From a virus (Duplodnaviria; Caudoviricetes): a DNA stretch of 47,952 nt. The stretch covers positions 1 through 47,952 of the IMG/VR virus record IMGVR_UViG_3300037427_003832. One strand, given 5' to 3'. The position numbers were made by a program, and so were the translations under genes. This document shows positions 35,747-44,800 of the stretch, in pieces (the first letter of the stretch is position 1; each line of letters starts with the position of its first letter). The notes below the pieces were generated by a model. That model was not told where the DNA came from. It worked only from the letters and a program-made list of their open reading frames with translations, and did no database searches.

Positions 35747-36527
35747 TAAAAATATAGGTACTTGGGAAGAAAAAACTCTTTACAGAGTAGAATCTTTAGA
35801 AGAGTCATTTGGTGACATTTTAGATAATATCATTGATGCACAAGAAATAATTGTGCAAAACAATTTAAACGCACCAACTACCCTAGCTCTTTTGCAACTT
35901 GGTGAAGGTGCAGACTTTTCTTCTGTTGCTCCTTTGGCTGAGTTAGCGATGTCAACGAATGTCTTATTAAATGAGATGAGCAAGGCGTATGCACAAGGAG
36001 TAGGGGACACTATTGAAGAAGGTGTTGGTACTAAGGTGGATGGGGAAGTAGCTGATGCCGCATTGTCAGAGAATTTGTCAGTTGTTAATAATTTTAACAG
36101 CACAACGCACGAAGAAGTTATTGCTGCTTTGCAGACTGCGGCATCGTTTACGGGTGATGAATTAAATGGTGACACTGATGTAGGTTATAAAGCCTATATA
36201 GCTGCTATTCTGATCAAAACTATTTTCAATAAACTACGAAATAAGCGAAAAAATCTTATAGTTGAAACAGGCGTACTTGGAGCCTACAATATGGGCATTT
36301 TTGATGCAGGTGTAGGCATGTTCAGAAGAGATCCTACACTAAAAAAACAGTGGGTTTCGAGAAAAGATGGTAAAGTTAGACTTCCACACAGGGACTTAAA
36401 CGGTGAAGAAATCCCTGTTAATAGTGCGTTTTATGTTAATGGAGCTCCAATAAGGTTTCCTAAAGACCCGTTAGCACTACCAAATTTAACTATTAACTGT
36501 AGGTGTGTTCTAAAATTTGTAAGATAG
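35730..36527 (+). CDS. Head morphogenesis protein (Mu gpF/SPP1 gp7-like)
   Basis: KKQWVS..D..VR..H..L.GE......F...PKDP......INCRC. Confidence 0.88.
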   Translation: MKNLSDKNIGTWEEKTLYRVESLEESFGDILDNIIDAQEIIVQNNLNAPTTLALLQLGEGADFSSVAPLAELAMSTNVLLNEMSKAYAQGVGDTIEEGVGTKVDGEVADAALSENLSVVNNFNSTTHEEVIAALQTAASFTGDELNGDTDVGYKAYIAAILIKTIFNKLRNKRKNLIVETGVLGAYNMGIFDAGVGMFRRDPTLKKQWVSRKDGKVRLPHRDLNGEEIPVNSAFYVNGAPIRFPKDPLALPNLTINCRCVLKFVR

Positions 36528-36552
36528 ATTATATAAAGTTAGTTTATATAAT
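36528..36552. promoter_or_regulatory. Perfect 10-bp inverted repeat, candidate operator
   Basis: ATTATATAAA-gttag-TTTATATAAT upstream of the protease promoter region. Confidence 0.45.
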
Positions 36553-36618
36553 GTGTCAAGTTAGCTTTTATTTGAGTGTATAGGATACTTAAAGAAGTTC
36601 AATTATTTTAGGAGAGAA

Positions 36619-38154
36619 ATGTCTGCAACAATCTTTGATATGGAAGATGCACGACGAGTTGAAGACAATGTTGTGTTTAAGGCAATATCAGGCCAAATTG
36701 GCATTGATAAAGCTGAAGGAGTAGTAGAGTGCTTTGTATCGGGGATAGGAAATAAAGACTCTGTTGGCGATATAGTCGTGAGCGGTGCTTTTAACGGTTC
36801 ATTAAAGCGTAGAAAACCACGAGTAGTTTGGGGGCATGATTGGAATCAGCCTATAGGGAAAGTTTTAGAAATATACGAAGTTCCTTCATCTGACCCAAGA
36901 CTGCCCGAAAAAATGAAACAAGCTGGCATTGGGGGCCTTTTTGCGAAAGTTCAGTTTAATCTTAATACTGAAAGAGGACGTGAAGCTTTTGCAAACGTGG
37001 CATTTTACGGAAATGAGCAAGAGTGGTCAATAGGATACAAAACATTGACTGCTGATTTTGATACAAATAGTCAAGCAAATGTTCTAAAAGAAGTTGAATT
37101 ATATGAAATTTCTCCAGTGTTACATGGCGCAAACCAGCTTACTGGAACAATATCAGTTAAAGATGAAAAAGGAGGCATGAATAAGCCTTCAATGGAATCG
37201 GGATCAATGTCTGCAATGCTGGCTAGAGGCCTTTCTCAAGCACTACGAAAACCAGTAGAGATCATTAGTACTGATGAAGGAATAGTTGTATTTCAGTCAG
37301 GCCCAAATATGATGTGGCGTGCGCCTTTTAATCTGACTGACGGCTCGGTTCAAATTGGAAAACCAGTTAGAGTAAAGCCAAACTATGTTCCAGTTGAGGA
37401 AGAAGAGGCTACACCTCCTGCAAGTATGATGCGTAAAGAAAACGCACAAGAGCCTGAAGGCGTCAGAGACGCAAAGCCAGACGATGGTACGTGGGCTACG
37501 CCAGATATTGCTCTTGCATGGGCTAAAACATTTGGTTGCGAAGGCTACCATTCAGAAGGTGCTGGGTATCTTCCATGCGAAACTTCTGAAGAGTATCGAA
37601 AGGCCCTAGCTGCTTTTGATGATAACGCAAACATAAATTCACACAACAACTACCTTAGTGGGGTTGAAGTTGAAGAAGCAAAAGATGGTTATAAGGGGCA
37701 TATGAGAGGGTCTTGCCCATCATGTGGAATGAGATCCAAAAAACCAGACTACTTAAAAGATCCGTTAGCACTGCTAATGATGGCTTACAACGAGATGATT
37801 CCGCTTAGAGGAGCGGGTGAACTTCGTGACTCCACACTAGAGTTAATTGAAGGAGTTGGAAAGTATTTAGCTAGCTCTCCAGCTTCTTTAGAGTTAGAAA
37901 AAGGCGCAAAGTCAGGATTCATTCTCCACGTAAAGTGTGATGAATTGCAATCATTAGACATAACGCAATGTGTTGCCCATATTCCAGTCTTCTCTTTTAA
38001 GAGTGACACTGGAGTTGACATCCATTTTTCAACAAAAATGGAGCATCAGGAGCTACTTAAAAAGGTAGCAAAATCATTATCTAGTTTAGATTTTGATCCT
38101 GATTTGTCGGTAACAAAACCCAAAGATGTTGACACCAATTCTGGTGTCGAGTAA
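36619..38154 (+). CDS. Prohead protease (HK97 family) with long C-terminal extension
   Basis: GNKDSVGD....GAF, WGHDW..PIGK, EWSIGY, L.E.SPVLHGAN. Confidence 0.92.
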   Translation: MSATIFDMEDARRVEDNVVFKAISGQIGIDKAEGVVECFVSGIGNKDSVGDIVVSGAFNGSLKRRKPRVVWGHDWNQPIGKVLEIYEVPSSDPRLPEKMKQAGIGGLFAKVQFNLNTERGREAFANVAFYGNEQEWSIGYKTLTADFDTNSQANVLKEVELYEISPVLHGANQLTGTISVKDEKGGMNKPSMESGSMSAMLARGLSQALRKPVEIISTDEGIVVFQSGPNMMWRAPFNLTDGSVQIGKPVRVKPNYVPVEEEEATPPASMMRKENAQEPEGVRDAKPDDGTWATPDIALAWAKTFGCEGYHSEGAGYLPCETSEEYRKALAAFDDNANINSHNNYLSGVEVEEAKDGYKGHMRGSCPSCGMRSKKPDYLKDPLALLMMAYNEMIPLRGAGELRDSTLELIEGVGKYLASSPASLELEKGAKSGFILHVKCDELQSLDITQCVAHIPVFSFKSDTGVDIHFSTKMEHQELLKKVAKSLSSLDFDPDLSVTKPKDVDTNSGVE

Positions 38155-38157
38155 AAT
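38129..38157 (+). promoter_or_regulatory. Promoter
   Basis: TTGACA-N17-TAAAAT. Confidence 0.65.
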
Positions 38158-38187
38158 AAGCTGAGAAAGATTTTAGGAGTAAACAAA

Positions 38188-39999
38188 ATGAGTGACAATT
38201 TAGATGTAGAACTTCAAAAGTTCGAAGAGCTTGAATCTCAGCTTGCAGAAGTTGAGGTTAAGTCAGAGGATGAAGAGGTTGTGGAAGATACTGCAGAAGA
38301 AAGTGCAGAAGAAGCCACAGCTGAAGAAGAACCAGCAGAAGAAGCAGAAGAAGCTGAAGAAGAAGCTGAAGAAGAAGCTGAAGAAGAAGCTGAAGAAGAG
38401 GCTGAAGAAGCACCTGCTGAAGAAGAATCAGAGAATGGGGAGGAATCTGATGAAGTTAGTGAAGAACCTGATAACGAAGATGAAGTTGAAGAAGCAGCAG
38501 AAGAGGATTCATCAGATAATCATGAAGGCGAAGAAAAGTCGGCTGATTCAGAGATGAGCGCAAAGGCTATGAGCATTATGCAGCAAATCTCTGAAGAAGA
38601 GTCCGAATCAGACATGCCTGTATTATTCTTAACTGATGTTCGTTATAAAGAAATGATGGAAAACGGCGAACTTCTTATGAGAGAATCTTTTGATGGATTA
38701 GACGAAGACGCTAAGTACGCTTATGAAAAAGTTGGTGTATTTGAAGAAAATGATGGGAAAGGCTATGGAACACGCTATCGCCGTAGAAGTCCTTTAGAAA
38801 TAAACACCGAACGGAAAAAGCATTCTGGAGTACCCCATGAAGACGATGCTAGCCTTAGCGAAAAAGATGAAGGCGGCGACACAGACATGTTTGAAAGCGA
38901 AGCACAAGCAGTTGCACGGGCAGCCCAACTGGGGTGTGACGGCGCACATCAGCATAGCAGCGGTAGCTGGATGCCATGCAAAACAATGGAAGCGTATCAA
39001 GCATTAGCCTCTGAGGGAGAAAAATCAGCATGCTTATGTGGTCTGCAGAAAAAGATGTTAGATGAGCCTTGTGATATGTGTGAAGGCGGGTGCGCATCTG
39101 TTGATGGATTACCCGGACTTGCCGATATAGAAAATCAAGTTAAGTCATTGTATGAAAACGCTGAAATTGTTAATTCAGGGTACTCATCATTAGATGATAT
39201 TTATGTTGTAGATATTAAACAAGACACAGGTAAGTACATTGAAGTGTTTATGTCTGGCGATGGAGAAGAATTGGGTTGGCTAACTATAGACCCTTCGATC
39301 ATGGATGAGAAATCTGCTGAAGATCTGAACATAATTTCTAGGCAAGATGCTGAAAGTGTTGCCATTAAAGAACTTGCTGATAGAGACATTAAAGGCTCTA
39401 TTTCAAGCGTTATGGTCGATGTTTTTGGAAACGAAGATGTGTATGTTGTTGAGATTGAAGCAACTGACGAAAAGAGTTATGATTTCTTTGTTTCAGTAAA
39501 CGGTAAAGTACTAGGATACGATGAGTATGAACTAGAAACTGAAGTTGAGCTTAGCGAAGAAGAAGAAATAAAAGCGCTTGAAGCTGAGTTATCAATAAAG
39601 CGCATGTATTCTCGTGAGCAAAGAGAACAGATGGCTGAAAACGGAGATGCACTACCAGATGGATCATTCCCAATTGCTGATCAAGCTGATTTGGAAAATG
39701 CAATAGTAGCATTACCTAGAGCAAAAGACCAAGTTGCTGCGAAAGCACATATTATGAAACGTGCTAAAGAGCTGGGACTAGAAGACTTACTTCCACCTGA
39801 AATGATGCAAGGTGAAGAAGGAGAAGAGGGAGAAGAAGGAGAAGCTGCACCTGCTGCTGCACCTGCTGCTGCTCCTGCTGCTGCTCCTGCAGGTGGAGGC
39901 GGAGATGCTCCTGCTCCAATGCGTAGAATGGAAGATGAAAAATCTCTAGAAGAACAGTTGGCAGAATTTGAATCTCTGAAATCAGAGGAAGGTCTTTAG
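38188..39999 (+). CDS. Acidic multi-domain head-associated (scaffold-like) protein
   Basis: Glu-rich N-terminus; GC.GAH..W.PC motif; two PepSY-like YVV.I segments; ALPDGSFPI...DL.NAI domain; follows the protease. Confidence 0.75.
   Translation: MSDNLDVELQKFEELESQLAEVEVKSEDEEVVEDTAEESAEEATAEEEPAEEAEEAEEEAEEEAEEEAEEEAEEAPAEEESENGEESDEVSEEPDNEDEVEEAAEEDSSDNHEGEEKSADSEMSAKAMSIMQQISEEESESDMPVLFLTDVRYKEMMENGELLMRESFDGLDEDAKYAYEKVGVFEENDGKGYGTRYRRRSPLEINTERKKHSGVPHEDDASLSEKDEGGDTDMFESEAQAVARAAQLGCDGAHQHSSGSWMPCKTMEAYQALASEGEKSACLCGLQKKMLDEPCDMCEGGCASVDGLPGLADIENQVKSLYENAEIVNSGYSSLDDIYVVDIKQDTGKYIEVFMSGDGEELGWLTIDPSIMDEKSAEDLNIISRQDAESVAIKELADRDIKGSISSVMVDVFGNEDVYVVEIEATDEKSYDFFVSVNGKVLGYDEYELETEVELSEEEEIKALEAELSIKRMYSREQREQMAENGDALPDGSFPIADQADLENAIVALPRAKDQVAAKAHIMKRAKELGLEDLLPPEMMQGEEGEEGEEGEAAPAAAPAAAPAAAPAGGGGDAPAPMRRMEDEKSLEEQLAEFESLKSEEGL
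38320..38425 (+). repeat. GAAGAAGAAGCT-type tandem repeat encoding (EEEA)n
   Basis: Seen directly in the sequence. Confidence 0.85.
39844..39891 (+). repeat. 12-bp tandem repeat encoding (APAA)n
   Basis: gctgcacctgctgctgcacctgctgctgctcct... Confidence 0.8.
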
Positions 40000-40016
40000 A
40001 CAGTTTTGGAGGAATA

Positions 40017-40187
40017 ATGCACTCTAAAAGTGCAAATATGCGCATAGGTCTGGTTAATGATCTACTGTTAAACTTAGGTGCAAAAGCCTTTCTTGGTCAC
40101 ATTGATGATGACAATTGTGTACAATATGATGAAGACGAAAATGTTTTGGAGTTTGTTCCAAGCGAATATGGACAGGATACCTTATGA
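40017..40187 (+). CDS. Small hypothetical protein (56 aa)
   Basis: Manual: MHSKSANMRIGLVNDLLLNLGAKAFLGHIDDDNCVQYDEDENVLEFVPSEYGQDTL; GGAGGA RBS; ATGA overlap with the next gene. Confidence 0.65.
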   Translation: MHSKSANMRIGLVNDLLLNLGAKAFLGHIDDDNCVQYDEDENVLEFVPSEYGQDTL

Positions 40188-41890
40188 GTATTTTTGAAGA
40201 TGAACTCAAAGCATTTGAAGCAATAGAAAAAGCCTTTGAGCAGTCTGTAAAAGCTCCAGAAGTTATTGGTATTCCCCAAGAGCGCATAACAGGCGACATT
40301 CTGAGAGGGCGAGGCCCAAGACGAGGAAATTTAGAAGATCTTCTGAAATACTGGCGACCTATAATGAAAAAACCCGGCGGATTTAGGCGCTGTGTTGTTA
40401 TTCTAGCTGATAAGCCAAAGTTGTATCCTCCTCAAAGAATATGTGCTTGGTTGCATCATGAGGTTACGGGTAAATGGCCTAATGAAGGAAACCATCATGG
40501 TCGCAAAAAGAAACCCAAAACTCGTAAAGTGACTCGAAAAATTCGTAAAGCTACCAGTAAGGCAAAGTCAGATGATTTTGTTTCTGATACGTTTGAAGTT
40601 TCTGAGTATAAAACGGCTTTGAAAGAGTCTAGAGATTTTGGTGGCGTCTTGTATCAGCCGATTGCGGACAGGCAGGCTGCTGTTGAGTTTAAGGCAGCAA
40701 TGTTTAATAAAATGCAGGATAGTTTGCCTGTGTCAAATGTTAGTGTAAAACGAGTTGGTGCTATTGGTTCGTCTAATCCTTTGTTACAAGGTGTTCAAGC
40801 AGCGGGTACTGCTGCGGTTCCGGGAAATGTTTCTGACATAAGTGTTTGGAATCCTAAACGTTTTGCTAGATCACAAGTTTATGAAGCGTTGACTCCGGGC
40901 GGAGGCCGTGCAAGGTCAAGAATCCGTAGGCTGGTTAGAGGCACTGGTAGAGGCGCAAGAAATAAGTTTAGGTGCCCTCCGGGATTTGAAAAAGGCGGTA
41001 CATTTACTAACTCTCAATTCTCAACTTGTGGAGCGCAAGTATTATCTGTTCCAAGAATAGGGCCCGGATCTCCATCAGGAGACTTATTAGGTGCTTTATC
41101 AAGGCTATTCAGAATGCGTACCATGTTTCCTGAGGTTGGAAAATCTAGAGGTTTTAATATAAGTGCAGCTACTAATGCTACTTTAATTCAGCCTGCACCA
41201 AAGAAAAATTCTTTTGTTAGGCAGCAACAGGCATTGGATTTATTGTTGAGTGCATATAATTCAGACTCTCTTGGTCCTAGGATTATACGCCGTGATGGCC
41301 TGATTCTTCAACCTGCTGTTTCATTTGCTGCTTTAGGTAAGTTAGATGAGTTTGATGATTTAGCTGATGGCTCATTGTTGGTTCGTGATAAAGCTGAAAA
41401 GAACATTGGGCGAGAGGTTGTTCAAGCGTTTAGTACTGGTTTGAGGGACATTTATGTTGCTATTCCTGATGTCGGTGCTATAAGAATTTATAGAGATGGT
41501 GGAGAGCTTTCTCCTGAAGAGCTTGGTAGCCTTAAAACGAATATCCAATCGGCAGTTAGTAGGGCTGCAGATATTCCTGACCCAACTGCATTTTTACGAA
41601 ATTTTTCAGAGTTAACTGAAGAGCGCTTTAAGCTAGATTTTGGTGAGCTTAAATCCGGAAAGTTTTCTACGACCACAAAAGAAATGCGTGAGCTTGTTAG
41701 AGTTCAGTCTGGTGATAAAGTACAAGTTGTGCCTAGGTGGGTTTATGAAACGTTTTTGTCAAGGTCTGCGCCTCGTAGACCAAAATCTTCGCCAGTTTTC
41801 GAAGTTGTTGAGAATGGAAAGAAAGCGCTAGATCCTTCTTTCCGACGTACACATATGTACGATTATTCACATAAAAAAAAAGTCAGTTAA
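40184..41890 (+). CDS. Putative virion/internal head protein, N-terminal part of a possibly frameshifted gene
   Basis: YW....PGGFRRC...ICAWLH...TG.WP motif and FRCPPG...GG.FT......CG motif; ends 9 nt after an A9 tract. Confidence 0.75.
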   Translation: MSIFEDELKAFEAIEKAFEQSVKAPEVIGIPQERITGDILRGRGPRRGNLEDLLKYWRPIMKKPGGFRRCVVILADKPKLYPPQRICAWLHHEVTGKWPNEGNHHGRKKKPKTRKVTRKIRKATSKAKSDDFVSDTFEVSEYKTALKESRDFGGVLYQPIADRQAAVEFKAAMFNKMQDSLPVSNVSVKRVGAIGSSNPLLQGVQAAGTAAVPGNVSDISVWNPKRFARSQVYEALTPGGGRARSRIRRLVRGTGRGARNKFRCPPGFEKGGTFTNSQFSTCGAQVLSVPRIGPGSPSGDLLGALSRLFRMRTMFPEVGKSRGFNISAATNATLIQPAPKKNSFVRQQQALDLLLSAYNSDSLGPRIIRRDGLILQPAVSFAALGKLDEFDDLADGSLLVRDKAEKNIGREVVQAFSTGLRDIYVAIPDVGAIRIYRDGGELSPEELGSLKTNIQSAVSRAADIPDPTAFLRNFSELTEERFKLDFGELKSGKFSTTTKEMRELVRVQSGDKVQVVPRWVYETFLSRSAPRRPKSSPVFEVVENGKKALDPSFRRTHMYDYSHKKKVS

Positions 41891-44800
41891 ATTCGACTAA
41901 AGAGATTGCTTTAGCGTTAAAAGCGGATAGCTCATATTTTGATGAGATGCATTTTAGGGCTTCTCTTTTTAGTGACTACTTAGATCAAAAAGACAGTGCC
42001 CCCAGAAGGATTGCTGGGGCAGGGCGTCGTGTTGCTGGCTCTAGCGCAGCTATTTTTGATGCGGGGGCAAATAGGTTTAGGTGCCCGCCCGGAACTAGAA
42101 GGGGTGGAACTTTTACTGATAGGTTTGGAACTAATTGTGGTTATAGGCTAGCTGAGACAGTTGTTGACTCTATCACTAAATTGCAAGCTGCGGTACATAA
42201 TGCCACTAGAAGAAGGGGGCGGATACTTCCTAAGCGTCCTCAGAAAAGGTCTAGTGCTTTACCAGATGATTATAAAAACAATTTGGACAATGCTCTGAAT
42301 GCTTTGTTGGATTCTGCAAAGAATCTGGACGATGTTGCTGGCCAATATGAAACTAGGGGAATGATAGGTAGGTCAGTTGGGGAGTTATCTCAATTGGCTG
42401 GAATGTCAGATGATGATAGGGGTGTTTTAAGAGGGGATACTTTTTTTGAAGATTTAAACAATTTGCAACGTTTGATTGGTATGCCTGATTTTGAAAATAT
42501 TGATGACGCTACTTACAGTAAGATTGTTGATGCTATTGAGCGTTCCATGAAAGCTGAAGCTGGTAGGCTTTCTTTGACTGATGGGGAGGCAAGAGACAAC
42601 GGTAAAGTACAGCGACAGATTGAAAATATAAATGGAGGCCTGTTAAATGCTCTTAATCCTAGGAGGAGAGATACTAGGCTACCTACCCCTAGAGATATAG
42701 CTAATGTTGATGAAACTCTTCCTGATGCGCCTCCTCCTAGACTACCAAGTGTTAATGAGGGACAAGTTTTAGATGTTGTTCCACCACCACCATCCGTAGA
42801 TGTTGATTTTGAAGTTGTTGATGGAACTAGAAGGTACACTAGAAGATCTTTGAACAATACTCAAAGTTTACGTCGCAGAAAATTTAGTGTAAGGAAGCGA
42901 AACGGAGAGTTAGTAGAACGAAAAAGGAAACCTAAAAAGTTGAGTTCTTTGTCCATTCATTCTAGTGATAGAAATGAGTTGGATAATAGGATTAAGCGAG
43001 AGCATACGGAGTTAAAGAATTTTTGGATAGACAGGCTGCTTCCTGAGAGGGGGCGTGTAGATAATGTGGGTAGACCGTTACCTAGGAATTATGGTGATTC
43101 GGAAATAACTGAAGAAGACATTTTGGATTATTTAGCAATATCTGCTGATGGTTCTGATGCGCATAGATTAAATATGTCGAGGTATAAGGACTTTGTTGAA
43201 TTAAGTTCATTGGTTAAGTATATTGATGAACGAAATGCGGGTTTGTATGATGACAATGAGAGTCGTGGTGATTTTCTAGATGCCCATATGCCGGGTGGGC
43301 CCTTTGTAGGAAGAAATGATGAACTTCGCCACTACGCTGACCATATTGGCAGACTTAACACAAATAGAAAACGTTCGATAGCTCTAAATGAAGATGGCTC
43401 ACTCCCTAGGGATGATATTGCTTCTGATTTTGAAATGGAAGTTGATGCGCCTGAGCTTAGAGAGCCTTTGCCGCCTCCTCCACCGCCATTGAACCCATTA
43501 GCAGATTCAATTCCGGAAGAAGCCCCTACTCCACCTCCGCCTCGAATATCTTTTTCTTTGACTCCAAGTATGGGTGATGATGAAAGGCAGCTTCCTAGAG
43601 ATGATGGTGGTGTTCCGTTTACTCCAGAGTTTGAACGCATACTTGATTTGTACGATCAAACTTTTAAAATGAATCAAACAGACCGTAACAATTACATGGA
43701 GATTTTGGCAGATGAAACTGATGACGCTACCTTGCTTGAGCTAGGCCATGCTATAGATTCTAGAGAGTTGGATGTTGTTCTCTCTGCGGGTCAGGATAGT
43801 CAAATAGGATTGGCGGAGCGTTATCCTGAAATTGCTAAGGCTCATGTTTTCTTAGAAGAACTTAAACAATGGAAGATGATAAACAAAGCTGCAATTTTTT
43901 CAGATCCACAAGGAAGACCGTGGTCTAAGCCTGAGAAAGAATTACTATATTACATCGCTAACGCTGAGGCTGATGGGTATACAGTCGAAGAAGCCATCGG
44001 CAATTTGGCAAATGTGCAGCGTATACCTGAACTTGATAAAAGTGGTATTCAACTTTTGGAGGAAGCTGAGCGAGATTTTGCTAAGAGACTTAAGACTTTA
44101 GACAATCCGAGTGAACAAGTTCAAAGTTTGTCTGCTGTTTTGACTACGAATACAGAGCTTGCAGACATATTTACGAATACTCAGATAGAAGAAACAGTTC
44201 AGTTTTTGGGGGCTAGGTCAGACTTTGGTGTTCCGTTTTCTCCTGCTTTGCAAAGTATTTATGGTAAGATTGATGAGATTGACGCAGAATTGAAAAATAC
44301 CAATACTTCAACTGGGCGAGCTTTAGAAGCACTTTCTGATGATGAGTTGGTTGGGTTATATGTGGAGAGCTTGAACAGGATAGAGGCTTTGACTTCAGGT
44401 GAGGGGTTTGATATCGATGATGTGGATCGTTCTGAATATTTGGGATTGTTGAATGAGTTTCAGTTTATAATGGCTTTGGAACCTAATGAACGTGACTATG
44501 GTAGGTTGAGTGAAATAGGTGGTGAAATTCAACAAGTAGTGGATAATTTTACTGAAGCTGATAGAGAAATTCTTAAGAATAAGTATAAGTTTATTCGTAG
44601 CGATTTAGGGGAGCGTACTGATAGAGAAGTTGGCGATATAGCAACTGTTAATTTAGACAGAGCTATTAAGCGGGAACTTGACAGGAGGCAACGTAAACAA
44701 GATGACATTGATATTGAGAGGTTGCTTGGCATAGGAGGCGGTTCTACGCAACGTAGCTCCGAAAGGGGATATGAAAACTTTAGTGAGGAGCCAATAGCAC

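Noticed and set aside
38231-38557. Lys/Leu-rich 108-aa ORF (KKKLKKKL)
   Set aside because: Out-of-frame reading of the GAA-rich repeat in the acidic protein.
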